Origin: Selaginella moellendorffii
Taxonomy: Eukaryota; Plantae; Lycopodiophyta
DNA length: 64,000 nucleotides
Assembly (NCBI RefSeq): GCF_000143415.4
Contig: NW_003314307.1
Coordinates: 1,034,952 to 1,098,951, forward strand
Direction of reading: 5' to 3'
Shown here: positions 46,623 to 59,655 of the stretch, piece after piece
How the letters are laid out: each line of letters begins with the position of its first letter
Position numbering within the stretch: position 1 is the stretch's first letter
Notes under the pieces: generated by a model
Databases searched by the model: none
What the model was told of the DNA's origin: nothing
Seen by the model: the letters and a program-made list of their open reading frames with translations, nothing else
Program-made: the position numbers and the translations under genes

Positions 46623-48753
46623 ACCCTCAACGTGCTCTTGGTAAAAAGGCAAAGCTCTATAAATGTAAAATGCCAAATCCATAGGTAGCCTCCATCCCTT
46701 TGCCCTAATATAGTGAAAAAGAATATTCTAGAGGAATATTTACTTAAGGAATATTCTCTTATCTCTGTAGCTCCAATACATCAGCTCAACAAGCGACCAC
46801 AGAAGAATTGTGCAAGGCTCCAACCCAAAAACCCATATCTACCTAGTGAAGAAGCAAAAAGATGCTTGCTACAAATGCCCCACCAAGAATCTTTGTGACT
46901 TTAGAGCTCCAACACAAGTAGTGACCACAAGAGGATCTTGCATGGCTCTTTCACACAAGAACCCATGACCTGCCACTCAAAAAACACCAAGATGTTCTAG
47001 ATGCTGTAAAATCCTAAATGTGGAGAATCTTCATGAGGATAGATACTGCAAAATGAAGAACCAAAGATTGAAGAAAGAGGAAAAAGAAAGCAGAGAGTGA
47101 AAAGTTCTAGACTATAGGGAAAATCCATTGGGATAAACTCTAGGGAAAAAATAACCACTCACAAATGCCCAAAAGAGGCATCTGCCAAGACAACAGAAAA
47201 AGAAAAAAAAAGAAAGAAAGTGAAAGAGAGAAGAAAGATAGTGCTGGAAGGTAGAGATGAAGTAAAGTAGTCATTGCTCATAACCACAAAACTACTACAA
47301 AGTTAATGTAAATTCCAGTTACTAAATATGCCAGCCCGAAAGGGATCTCCACAATAATCCAGAAATGTGGCAAATACCTAGCCAAGAAATATGCTGAAGG
47401 GGGGGTGCACATCCACATCCTCAAAGAACTTGTTGCCAACTTTGGGTCCATGGACATTTTCAGTTGCATTTTCTAAGCCAGGGCATTTGCTATTACCACC
47501 AAGTTGAGTGAAGATCTTGAGATATTGATGCCGAACTCACTCAATTCTTGTTCTTGTGAAGCCATGTGCCTCCTACCAATCTGTGCTACTGCTCCCACAA
47601 AGTAGATGTGAAAATGAAGTGAAAATAAAAAAAGAAGTGGCATTCACCATAAAGAAATATTGACATCAAATCCAATTGATAATGAGTGAAAGAGAAGAAA
47701 AGAGGATGGATGTGAAGAGGAAACTCTAATGTGCCACTCCAAAGACTAATTAAAGGCTACTTCAAAGTCATGACCACAAATACCATGAAAGCATAATACA
47801 TCCAAGCTTGGAGTAAGAGATCTACTATGAAGCATTGGGCATAAGGATTCTCTAAAGAAATAGGAGATCAAAGTGTAAAATAGAAGTTCAAAGTTAGGAT
47901 TTAAGAAGCTAAGAACCCCTTGTTGTGATGAAGAGAACCATGCAAAGCTCAAAGAGAAAAGAAGAGAAGAGAAAAAGCTTACATGTGCCTAAATCTAAAT
48001 GCCTTATTATAACCTACAGAAATCCCTCAACAAGATCTTTAAAGCATTCATACTTCACTAGGGAAGAAAAAGAAAAGACAACTTCCAAGCAAGTAAGAAC
48101 TCTCTCAAACATGGCTGATATTGAATGAAAAATGATGAAACCTGTGTTTAGAGAAATCTCTCAAAGAGATCTAAAAGCTTGAGAAAGAATCCACAAGAGA
48201 AAACACTCAAAACAAAGGCACAAAACACAAGAAAAGAAGGTGCTTAAACAAGGATCCTTGGGCTCACATGTTGTGAAACTGAGAGTGAAATTAAGAAAGA
48301 TGCACACTGTTAAAAAGCTTAAGAGAAGATCTACCTGTATAACAAACAACACAAGAAATGGAGCTTCAAAACAAGAGAATTTACAGTTGAAATTTAGAGT
48401 TGCAAAAAAGAAGAAAGAAAATGAAAGGAACCAAAAAAAACTATGAAATCTACAGGATTTCCCAACCCAAGACACCTCCAACAAGAACTAGAGGTTCTAG
48501 TCTGGACACAAGTACAACAACTATAGAATGTTGGCTTGCCTAAGGCATCCCACTGTGATCACCATTTATTGAGGGGGCTAACCCTTAACATACTCTTGGG
48601 AGAAAGGCAAAGCTCTATAGATGTGCTATAGAGAGCACAATGGCAAATTGCTAGCTAACCTCTAATCCCCTTGGGGAAGAAGAACATTCTAGAGGAATAT
48701 TGTTTAAGGAATATTCTGAGAATCTCTTTGGCTTGGAATGTGCCAGCTCAACA
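46623..48753 (+). mobile_element. Decayed non-autonomous LTR-like element with ~170-bp terminal direct repeats
   Basis: 46623-46791 and 48581-48753 share CTCTTGG..AAAGGCAAAGCTCTATA, ATTCTAGAGGAATATT..TTAAGGAATATTCT and CAGCTCAACAA. Purine tract GAGGGGG lies just before the second copy. Confidence 0.6.
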
Positions 48754-48938
48754 AAATAAAAAAGTAGTGGTATGCAAGAGATAGAAGCATAAATATAAAA
48801 TTAAAAGAATTTCAGCCTTTGTTATCTATCTTTTTATAAATAAAAGTTATCTTTATGAAAGTAACTTAAATACATTTAGTTTTTTACAACCATAATACAC
48901 TTTATAATTTAAAACTTGATTTTCTATATCAAAATAAT

Positions 48939-49860
48939 ATGGTTTCTAAAATTTTATGGTTATTTCTTCTTAGTTTTAGTTGTGATTCTCAACCACCTCA
49001 AGCAAGATGGAGCGTAATTTATGGTCATTTTTCTAATAGAGACTTTTTTATATTAATAGATAGATTTAGAGTTTTAATTAACAGCATAAATCCCAATGTG
49101 CTTATAACAGTTGGTAATAATGGAACTTATCATGGATGGGAAGTTTTTATTGGTAATCAAAGGCAAAGAGTAGCTATAAGAGCTTATATAAATCTATTTG
49201 ATATAAGTAACTTTCATAATTGTAATACACTTCCACCAAATTCTCAGTTTCAATCTTTTTATGTTCGTAATATTTTTTTTTAAATGTTACACATTTTAGA
49301 ATATCATGTTTATTTATATGCCCCAAAAGCAATGATTGTAGTATATAGATATTTTTCAATAGATTATTATGCATTAGGAAATTCTACTAGACATCCTAAG
49401 GAAATATACCCTCTATAGATTATCCCAAAGGCCTACTTGATGATAATGCATTATATAAATCTATTGATCATGATATTTTACAATGTTGGCCATATTGCAC
49501 ACAATTGATAAGTGGTCCTTTAAAATTTCTTGGTACACATATAATAAATAATAATGCTTTAATATCTACAAACAATGAATTTAAAGAAAAATTTAAAAAA
49601 TGTAATTTACTAGTTCAAGATGTTAAAAATTACAAAACTATATGGTCTACTATGTCCATTAAACATGATACATTTTGTTATCTTCACCTTCAAAGTGATG
49701 GTCAGTTACTTATAATTGATGATAAAAGTAATATATTTTGGAAAAGTAATGTTTATAGCCAATATTGGCTATTATTTTCTGTTTTAACAATTAAAAATAA
49801 TGGAAATAAATTCTTTTTCTAGTACTCATAAAAAGTTAATATGGACAAATAAACGTTAAA
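48939..49860 (+). pseudogene. Frameshifted, very AT-rich gene for a secreted protein with a C-terminal bulb-type (GNA/B-type) lectin domain
   Basis: Signal-like MVSKILWLFLLSFSCDS; later CNLLVQD..TIWST..CYLHLQSDGQLLIIDDKSNIFWKSN..LTIKNNG. Frame broken at a T run (~49274) and again near 49400. Confidence 0.6.
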
Positions 49861-51349
49861 TTAAGACCTGATATTAGTTTTCATGTTTTGAAATTTTTAA
49901 AATTTTTAGTTCTTGGTTTGATATTGGATATATTTGAATATTCTAGTATATACTATAATCCAATGCAGAGAGAGAGAGAGAGAGAAGACCTGCTGCTGTT
50001 GCTGTCATTGCCTCTGACTCTGATGATTGCTAACTAGGCAAATGGAGCGGTAAGGTGAGTTTGCAGCTCTGAGTAGATGTGATAGCTTCCATGTTGGGAT
50101 TGCCTCCAGATCACTGACAAGCTGGAACCCCATCATCACTCTGTATTGTTTTAAAAAATAACAAATATTTAAACATAAACTGTATTTTTGTATTTTTATC
50201 AGCATGCTTGCCAGTTGGCAAGGAAAAATATTACATCTGTTTATCAATATTAAGTAAGTAATACTCAATATCAACAATACAAGAAAGCCAATGCAACACA
50301 AAACAAGAAAGAATTCTCAAGCTCATCTTCGTTCTTTGAGCCATATTAACATAGCGGGGGACTAAGGAAGATTCAACTCATAAAGCAAACCATAAACAGA
50401 AGGCATCCAAGTGAATTATATTACTCAAATGGTAAATCTAGTTTTTATAGGTAAGAAATGATACAAAATAATAATGACAGTTCTAGATAAAAATAGTAAG
50501 TACTTGAATAAATAAACACACTGAGGAATTTTTTTTCCTCATGTGGCTTAGTACAAATGGCAAATTCTAAATCTAATTTACTAATACTCAACAAGAAGGT
50601 CTAATCATGAATTAAATAACTACCAATCTTCTTACTATTGTAGTAATTAAAACAAGAATGCCAATTTGCTTTCTTATTATAAAATCATTGGTAATGAAAT
50701 TGAATTTAGCTAGTGTATTTCATTTAATAAAATTGGAAATTGATTAATGACACTATTGATCCTCATTATCTTCTAAAGTTCTAATGATTCAATTTTCATC
50801 CTATCTTGTGCTATACAAATTATAAAGAGATATTTAAAATTATATGCAATACTTTTATGGAAGAGTGCCCAAGCTATCACAGAGTTGACAAATTAAGTTA
50901 GAGTAAAGAGAACTAGGAGTTCGGCTAAATATGCTTAGCAAGAAACAGACCCTTCTAGCTAAATATAGATGCTAAACCTAATATACCAATGGAGTTTAAG
51001 GCTAAAACATATGAATTTAAAAATATTTTTCTACAATATTACACAATATCACGTTATAAATTGAGAATGATTAAAATTCATAACTTAGCTTGAATTTGAA
51101 GAACCTAAGAATACCATATAATCTTTTAAAGGAAGAATAAAACAAATACGATCTTTCAGGTTCCAGCAGGTATGCTAACACTTCAGAAAAATAAAAGCAT
51201 TTTTAACAACTTTTTATAAATAAGAAGTTAACTTTATAAAAGTACACTTTATAATAGTTTCTTAAAATGGCTTTTATAAGTGATCATTTATTTTATATTG
51301 TAAAGTATGTAAATACACACACACACACACACACATATTGACACAAATA

Positions 51350-52180
51350 AGCGCCCTTCCCTGCCGGGCCTAAAGCCTCCAAAAGCTCTGTGCTAACAAC
51401 ATAGTGGCAAACCACGCCTTAGAAGTATTAAGCGTAGAAAAAGAGAAATTAATTTTACCTTGATCGGGGGAAACTTGTAGAGCAAACGATGCAGCAACGC
51501 TCCTCCAAATTTCTGGGGAAAAAAGATCACTGCATTTGGTCCAGCATCAAAGTGTACTCTGCCTGGAATGTTCTCACATCAATGTAACGAAATCTGATTA
51601 AATAAAAAAATACCTGAGGACTTCGGGCTTGTTCCAGCTCTCCACGAGTCCAATGATCCTTCTGGAGGTATCGCTCATGTAGAAAAATGGTGGAGAGGTG
51701 TCGAGGCAAGTTGCATGGAACTGGTTGCTGTCCGTCTTGGCAAAGGAAGAGAAATCGCGTTTGGACAAAGCTTCTTCCATCTCCGTGATTCTCTTTGGCA
51801 CTACTTCCTGTTTGGGAATATAAACTTACATATGCCAGGAAGTCGAAAATCGAGAGCGAGAAAATCACCTTGGCTCGATAATGTAGGAGTGGACTTGTCT
51901 GGACAGACTCTTGCATGCCCGATGTACTGCCCTCTTCTTTCTGCCGCTAGAAATAAAAATCACAACTCAGAACTTCCAAAGCTTTATAGTAGCCACACAA
52001 ATCACAATCCGAAGATCATCCCACTTCGTGATGCTCTACAAGCGGAACAGCAATGCTATCTTTTCTATCGTCCCTCTTCACAGCACACAAGAAACCATGT
52101 TAATATATCAAAGTTTTTCTAGGACAAAACAAGCACCTTTCCCATCTCCCACTTGACAAATCCTCCATGAAGACTACGGG
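51350..52180 (-). pseudogene. MVD: Diphosphomevalonate decarboxylase gene fragment (intron-containing, 5' truncated, disrupted)
   Basis: [87 protein letters not shown]. The N-terminal GHMP part is absent. Confidence 0.88.
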
Positions 52181-52611
52181 AACCACGCTTTTCTTCTTTA
52201 TTTCCTCGGCTTGAGACGACTTGGACGAGGATTTAATCCAAATGCCAGAAGCGCTCCTGGCGGAATCCTGGGAGCGGTCCAGGGGGATTCAACTCGGGTC
52301 CGGAAACGGTCCAGGTGGTTTTAATGCACAGGGTGGAGGCATGGAGCGGGGGCTGGAGCGCATCGCCAGAAGTGGGGCGGGGACCCGATCATTGCCTGGC
52401 TCCTGAGAGGCTGCGAATCTCTCCAGCCCACGATATCGGCCTGGGCTTGTTTATGCTACCAGGACCAGGAGTAGCGGACGACTCTTTCATCGATCCCGAG
52501 GATGAGAATGCTTGGAGAGATGCCGTGGCGATGCTCCAGCATTGTCACCATTCGTCACCACCTCTCCCAGAACTGGGTGTTAACACCTCCATCTCTCTCC
52601 ATGGAGGCAAA

Positions 52612-52985
52612 GAACCATCCGTGAAAACGCTGAAAGGTAGCGTCGAGTTGATCTCATCGGCGCTCGTGCATATCAGGAAGCGAGAACCCCCATAAAAGAC
52701 GTGGGGATGATCTGCCACAACCGCCGGGAAAGCTTCTTCTCCCTGCGGCGCATGGTTCTCTCGAACAAAAGCCACGAAATCTTCCGCCGCTGTCGCATTG
52801 CTCCCTCTATAAACCCTCGTCTTCTTCTTCTTCTTCCTCTTGTAGATCGCTCAGCTTCCCCCATAATAGATCTTCTCTTACCCTCCTTCGACTATAATAT
52901 CATACTTTAAGTAAAATGGTAAAATGGCAACGTGAAAATTCCTAACCCAAGTAGGTAAAAGGAGGGTAAAAAGCTGGAATAAAGC
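52612..52985 (-). pseudogene. Truncated second copy of the promoter and 5' end of the RNase H gene at 34198-34670
   Basis: Near-identical DNA (AFVRENH..QGEEAFPAVVADHPHVFYGG..ADEINSTLP..VFTDGS, plus upstream CATACTTTAA..GTAAAATGGTA). Homology ends right after DGS. Confidence 0.92.
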
Positions 52986-53260
52986 TGGATTTAGTAAACA
53001 AGTAACGGTATTCTTTAATTCGGCCACGTGGCCGTCCTTGCATGTGACACTTTGTCGCGCGCCACCACACACCACGCGAAGCCCGTCGTTTTTAGGGTTT
53101 GCCAGTTCACTGTTTGGCACCATACCTATAGGTGGTTGCGATGAACAGCAAGTCTAGCGGAGAAAAGAATTTGGTCGACCAAGCGAGAAATCCTCGCTCC
53201 CGATCGTCAGGAAATGCGATCGCCATCGTTTGACGTGATCAAACGATAGAGGAAGAGGAA

Positions 53261-54472
53261 ATGGGGCTTTCGTCAACGATGGCTATGGCAGCGCTCTCCC
53301 GGCTCTTTCTTCCCTGTGCGCTGCTGCTCATCCCTCTAATCCTCTACTTCCAGTGTAGCTTGCCCTCCCTCAACCTCGCGGCCGCGCCCAAGAGCTCGAA
53401 TTTGGCCCAGAATCGCCGCTTTTCGGCCGGCATGTTCTTGATCGATCGAGGTACGTCGCTGCTCCACAGCTGGAGCGACGAGGAGCTCTTCGATCGCGCC
53501 ATGGCGATGCACAACGCCACCGCACTGCCAGAGCAAATCCATTCGCCAAGATTGTTGGGTGTGAGTCATAAAATCTTCAAGAAATTCGAGAATGATTTGG
53601 GTGTCACCAGCGCCGCCAACGCCGCCACCGCCGCCGCCGCCGCGCCGCCGGTTTCCAAGGTAGCGTTTCTCTTCCTAACGACTGGGGCGATCCCATTCGA
53701 GCCGCTGTGGAATCGATACTTCCGCGGGCACGAGGATCTCTACAACATCTACGTCCACGCCGATCCCTTCCAGTTCCGGGCATTCAATCGCAGCAGCGCC
53801 TTTTGGGGGCGGATGATCCCCAGCGACAGGACCGAGCGAGGAGCTCCATCGCTCGTCCTGGCCATGAAAAGGCTCCTCGCAAACGCGCTCGTCGACGATC
53901 CCGAGAACCAATTCTTCGCCATGATCTCCGACAGCTGCATCCCTCTCCACGGGTTCCACAGGCTCCACAAGCGACTGGCAGCGTCGCCGCGCAAGAGCTT
54001 CCTGGAGATCATCACGCAATCGGACCTCCTCTGGTCGCGATACAACGCCCGCGGCGAGGGATCCATGCTTCCGGAGCTCCAATTCGGGGAATTCGCGGTG
54101 GGATCGCAGTGGTTTGTGGTGACCCGCGATCACGCGCGACTGCTGGTGGGCGAGCGGCGGCTGTGGAACAAATTCCGGGCGCCCTGCCTGCCCGAATTCG
54201 CGGCCTCCTCGTGCTACACCGAGGAGCACTACTTCTCGACCGTCATGAGGGTCGAGGATCAAGCCGGGAGCCATGGATTCACGCTCACGAATGTGAAATG
54301 GGCCGAGAACAACGATGGGCATCCCACCATGTACCGCGCCGAGGAGATCGATCTAGGGTTCCTCCACGGGCTGCAGGAGGAGAGCGATGGGCGATTCATG
54401 TTCGCGCGCAAGTTCCATGCCGACTGCCTCGACCCTCTCTTGAGGTACGCCGACGCCCTCCTCAAGCACTGA
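53261..54472 (+). CDS. Core-2/I-branching GT14-like (DUF266/BC10) glycosyltransferase, intronless
   Basis: TM anchor; KVAFLFLT..IPFEPLWNRYF, YNIYVH, RLLANALVDDPEN, SDSCIPL, GSQWF, EEHYF, MFARKF. Confidence 0.94.
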   Translation: MGLSSTMAMAALSRLFLPCALLLIPLILYFQCSLPSLNLAAAPKSSNLAQNRRFSAGMFLIDRGTSLLHSWSDEELFDRAMAMHNATALPEQIHSPRLLGVSHKIFKKFENDLGVTSAANAATAAAAAPPVSKVAFLFLTTGAIPFEPLWNRYFRGHEDLYNIYVHADPFQFRAFNRSSAFWGRMIPSDRTERGAPSLVLAMKRLLANALVDDPENQFFAMISDSCIPLHGFHRLHKRLAASPRKSFLEIITQSDLLWSRYNARGEGSMLPELQFGEFAVGSQWFVVTRDHARLLVGERRLWNKFRAPCLPEFAASSCYTEEHYFSTVMRVEDQAGSHGFTLTNVKWAENNDGHPTMYRAEEIDLGFLHGLQEESDGRFMFARKFHADCLDPLLRYADALLKH

Positions 54473-54557
54473 GGAAGAAGGGCGAATATTCCAAGCCTGG
54501 GAGAATATTCCGGGCTTGACCATGTCTGACCATGTTTGACCTGCGACTTAGTGAGCT

Positions 54558-56199
54558 TTAGAGCTTTTGGAGGAGGGTGATGCCCAGCGCGATGGAGAGG
54601 AAGGTAGCGATGGAGATGCCAAAGATGCCGGCGAGGATTCCCGGGACGATCAAGCTCGTCCAGCCTTTGGCGGTGGCCATTCCAGCGGCGGTCGTGGGGC
54701 CGCCGACGTTGGCGTTGGAAGCGAGCAGGAGCAAACGCTTCTCCACTCCCAGGAGCTTCCCGACTCCCAGGACGATGAGCAAATGGACTCCAATCTGGAC
54801 GACGCAGAAGAGGAAGAGCGATGGAGCGGTGGCGAGCACGGAGCGAATGCTCCCACTGGCACCCACTGTCGCGAAGAAAACCTGGGGATGATCGAAAAAA
54901 AGCGATGGTAATCGAGAGAGGAAGGTTGCTTTACCTGCATGAGGAGGAGAGCGAGGCCTTGGCCAGTCGATACCAGCGGGCCGAGACGTGATGGAAACAT
55001 CGTTGCCAGGATCACGGCCAGGGCTGTGATCACCGCCATGCTTCCACTGCGATATCCGATAATGTTGGAGCACCACACTCCCGCCGAGCACACTCCGGCC
55101 GATATAGCCAGCGCAAAGGATGCCTCGAGCACTTTGATCTCGGCTTTCTCGTTCTTGCTTTCGGGAGAAGTAGCTGCGGAAGAACTCTCTGCAAGGATCA
55201 AGAAGAAAGTTAGAGAACACAACGATGAACTATTCTCGAGACCTGTTTTTTCTTCGGCTGGAATGGAAGATGCCAGTGCGAAGAGCGTCGTGAAGTACAC
55301 GGCACAGATCAAGTTGTCAGCCGCGAGACCGGATGCTACCACCGACGGCGATGCTCCGAGTGCCTCCGAGACAGCAACGTAGTTCACGGCTGTAAACTAG
55401 TCAGGAGCCACGATCGATTCATCGAGTCGAGTCGATATGATCGATCGACTGCAGCAGCAGTAGAATAAGCAGGAAAAATCTCTTTTTTTTTTCTTCTTTA
55501 CCTCCACCAATGTGCCTGCTCATGAGCGCCGCAGCAATCTTCCATCCATCGGTGCCCAGGCCTGTCAATGGAACGAGCTTCATGGCCACCAAAGTTCCTA
55601 TGATCGTTGCCACTGCCACCAAATCGTTTTCTCTTTTAGATCGTAAGAGAGCATTGAAAGAAGAAAGAATCGCGTACCTGAGCCAAGGAGGAAGACGAGG
55701 AGGAGGCGACCAGTGGAAGTGAGAACACGCTTCATGTCCGCCGAGAAGAGCAGCAGTGGAATCGCGAGAGGCAGCAAGAAGGCATTGACAGTGCCATAGA
55801 CTGACGATTCCGTGGCAAGGATCCCCAGATTGCTGGAAAAGAGCGCGAAGAGAGTGCTTACCAGCGCGCCGCTCAGTGCGCTCCCCCATTTGGTGTTTCT
55901 CTCGGACCTGGTGAAATATTTCCTAAGAACCCTACTCGTCGGGACCAGGGCGGCGGATCTTACCAGAGGCCAAATGCGCCCGATGCCAGCAGCACTGACC
56001 ACGTCTTCCACGCATCCAAGTGTGGATCGCTCGCTACCACGATCGAATGGGAAGCAGCAGCAGCAATCCGGGAAATCCGACGCGATCCGTTCTGGATCGA
56101 TGCGCTCTGCCGCGGCCGCCACTGGTGCTGGAAGGATCGCTTGGCATGGATTAGATCGCTAGTCGCGGATCTGGCGGAGATCGGAGATGCTAGAAGCAT
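54558..56199 (-). CDS. DUF819 (YjcL-like) membrane protein with transit-peptide-like N-terminus, multi-exon
   Basis: WSERNTKWGSALSGALVS, LLPLAIPLLLFSAD, HIGGAVNYVAVSEAL, LAADN, LLASNANVGGPTTAAGMA. Ser/Arg-rich N-terminus. Confidence 0.9.
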
Positions 56200-56276
56200 A
56201 GTTTCTAGAAGAATCAAAAGGGCCACAGTATGTTTAAAAGGAGTTTCTATTTAGGGTTCTTATTCTAGGGTTCTTC

Positions 56277-57997
56277 ATGGATTTGGTCCCGGAACCGGAA
56301 GAAGGTGAGATTGGCGTCGAGGAAGTGGCTGTGAGGCACGAGACTGCTGCCGCGACAGTCGATTCAATAGAATCGGAGATAGCATCGTTGGATGCTGCGA
56401 AAGATGGAGCTTGTGATGATATCATCGATTTGGCCTCCGAGGAGGATATGGATTGTTCCGATGATCCAGTATTGCCTCAAGGTATCCTTTCTAGAGCGTT
56501 TTGGTATCTTTATTTCGGAATTCCTGACTTGAGCTATAGCAAACTCCCGGAAAAGAAAATCCATCTCACGCGCGGACGATGGAGCATCTGTTCAAGTGAC
56601 TTACACCAAACTTTCGAGGTTCTTTTTTGTCTTTTCCTTCTTTTCTTCTGCCGTTCTCATGTAGGAGTTTGTGAGCAGGAAAAGCCAAAAGAAACTGCAA
56701 GAGGTTTTACTGCATTGGTCTGAATGGCATGCTGCACAAGTAAGCGAACCAAATGTGGATTTTTTCTCTCTCTCTCTAATTTGTTGGATTTCCTACAGAG
56801 CTTTGAAGATGATGAAGTACGAGAAGGCGGCACGGAAACGTATTTCCCAGCTCTGTCAGTAGGGAAAACTAAAATGGTTAATTTTTTTGTTTCAAGTTTT
56901 CGTTTCCTTGAAGTTTACTTAAGTTCGATTCTCTGCAGAACTTTTGGGAAGACAAGCCCTCAAGACGAGCTTGTGTTCTCGAAGAGAGACAAACGGAAGT
57001 CCCTCTGTATGATCGTGGATGTAGTGCCGTTTTGCAGCCTCTGGAGTTTCTTTCGGATCAAGGGTATAAAAATTAGTGCTGGTTACGATTTTAGTCGTAA
57101 CGACTCATGCTTGGCAGATTCATTTTGGCGAAACAGGCACTTGGAGATTCCGGACGAGGCATCGAGGTGTTTTAACTGCGGCTCCTACAGCCATGCTCTC
57201 AGGGATTGCCAGAGACAGCGGGATATGTCTGCTATCAACAGCGCTCGTAAGCTTTTCATGTCAAGAAAAGGAGGGTCCAACACTCCTTCTCGCCGCTACT
57301 ACGAGAGCACTCCAAATGGGAAGTTTGACGACATCAAACCCGGGTCGCTGCTGAGCGAAACCAGACGGTCCCTGGGGATTGGAGTACGTTTTCGTGGTTT
57401 TAGATAAGATTTATCCTTATTCCTTGTGCGCAGGAGAAAGACCCGCCTCCGTGGCTTCAGCGAATGCGAGAAATCGGCTATCCTCCTGGATATATGGGTA
57501 TGCTCTCTTTTGACGATAGTTTATAGCTCTTTTAAAACGGTACCTCCTTTCCAGCTACCGAGACAGACGAGGACGAACCGTCTGGACTCATCATGTTTGG
57601 AGAGGACAATCCTTTATCTTTCACGGAGGATGGAGAGATAATCGAAGCGAAGCCACCATCCTCAACGTCCCAGAAGATGACAGTCGAGTTCCCTGGCATC
57701 AACGCACCCATTCCAGAAGACGCAGACAAGAGACTCTGGTCTCGGAGCCCCAGAGAAGCGGTGGCTCAGCACAGATCCTTGTCCGACAGTAGGAGGAGAA
57801 GGTCTCGATCTGATGATTACTTGACACCTCCTGGAGAAAAATCTCCCGCTCGTGATCGTGACCGAGACCGGGACCGCGACCGAGATCGCCACTCTTCCCG
57901 ACATTCGCCATCTTTGTCCGGCCGACGAGAGCGGAGCAGTGCATGGGCCCAAGCTGAAGCTGCTCTGGATTCGGTTCGATCCAGCTACAGAAAGTAG
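56277..57997 (+). CDS. ZCCHC8-like zinc-knuckle/PSP-domain protein (NEXT complex), multi-exon
   Basis: RCFNCGSYSHALRDC; RYY..GKFDDIKPGSLLSETRRSLGIG|EKDPPPWLQRMREIGYPPGY; VEFPGINAPIPEDAD; RD/RS-rich tail. Confidence 0.88.
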
Positions 57998-58806
57998 GAA
58001 GACAGCAACCTTTTGTAACAGCAACAGCCGAGGTACTTTACTTTCCTCTTCGTCAAGTTTCCCAAAGCTCTTACACATATTTCTATGGCAGAAAAAGAAG
58101 CATTTGATAGACGCCAAAGCCTGGCATGGCGGTCTCCCCGTGGTCAAGTATCGGCCCCGCCACTTTGATGCGCACTTAGGTGATTTGTATCATATCAGCT
58201 TTATCCACTACACACAGCTGCACGATAAACTATCATGTAGACATCCTGGGTACGTTGTTCCTTTTCTTTCTTGCTCTTGTAGCTCTAGCTTAGTAGCTAA
58301 TGGATTGCTGATCTCTGGGGTGATCATGAGGCAGTAACTGGGAACCAGTGCTCGTTCGCTGGTGGGGTCTGGCGTTCCTTTTGCTCCTTGATGATTGCCC
58401 GCCGTGGTACACCCGGGTACGTAGACTGTGATTTTCCGTACGTGGTAGAGGTGGTCGGGTGAGTGGGCGGCACACACTGGAAGGATCCTCTCGCAGGAAC
58501 TTCGCTATTGGCAGAATATTCAGGAACACGGAAAGAGCGTTACAGCGAAGGAATCCCTCCGGAGAAGTCGATGGTCGCGGGAAAGAGCAGAAGTTAAGGT
58601 GGTGATTAGCGCACGAGTATGGAAGGATTGTGGGATAAGTAGTGGGGAGTTGTCGGCTTCACACACAGGGAATGGGGGGAGTTATAGAACTTCTTTCTCT
58701 ACACTTGGGGGTGGGCTCCTCCCTCCTCCCTTTCCAAGTTGCAAAGCAAAGCGGAGCAAAGTAAGATGCTCCTCCACGATCTCGAGTCTGAAGCTTGAAG
58801 GCTGAA

Positions 58807-58835
58807 AGAGAGATAGAGAGAGAGAGAGAGAGAGA
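58807..58835 (+). repeat. (GA)n microsatellite near the putative GDU transcript start; others at 27072-27091 and 49968-49985, and (CA)n at 51314-51335
   Basis: Directly visible. Confidence 0.9.
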
Positions 58836-59655
58836 AAGCTCTAAACTACTGCGAAGAGACGAGAGATGAAGACGAGCAAGCTTCGCAAAGCCAGCTAAAG
58901 CTACAGGTGAGTTTTTCTCCCTTGAGCAGACAAATTCCAGCTTTGGTTTCGAGTAATCATACTGATCACTGTTGTTGCGTTGCTGCTGGATATAAATCCG
59001 CCTTGCAGGTGTCTGTGGTCGTGGTTCTGGAAAGGGAAAAAAGGAAAGAGAGAAAATGGTGTCTGGCTGTGAGGATTATACATCCTCACATCATCATCGC
59101 TCCACCACCACCAGCACCACCCCAGGCAATTTCTCTATACACACCTCGCTTCTACTTCTTCCAGTTAGCTTTGCGTTTCTTCTTGAGTAGACGAGAGCGT
59201 TTTCGTGCTGCTGCTTCATCTTGGTTTTATCTCGTCTGTGTGATCTCATCGGTTGCGTGCTTAATTGTCGGGATCTAGTTTGATTCTTCTTTCTTTCTTC
59301 GTCGCTGAGCCTCTTCTTCGCAGAGAGGCTCTGTTTTTTTGTGATCAGTCTCCTCTTTCGTCTCCCTTGTTGTTGGAGTGCTACAAGACAAGCTCGTTCA
59401 GTTACGAAGAGAATATATTTCTGGGTAGCTGCGCTGCTTGAGTTTTGATTTTATCCCTCTCTGTACACACACACTCGAGGTGGAGCGTTTTATTCTTTTC
59501 CGCTAGAGCGAGAGGTGTGGTTTTCCAAAAGAGTCATCGTCTTCCTTTACCCCTTGCTTCGAGCCTGGAAACGCTCGCCGATGATCTCCTGGATTCCTGC
59601 ATGAGTGTCTCACGTCTCAAGCTTGAGTCTCTCCCTTTTCTCTTCGCTCCAAAGG

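Noticed and set aside
53675-54519. Long alternative-frame and antisense ORFs over BC10 (likewise over UNC-93 and the PPR genes)
   Set aside because: Expected from GC-rich codon usage; no recognisable motifs.
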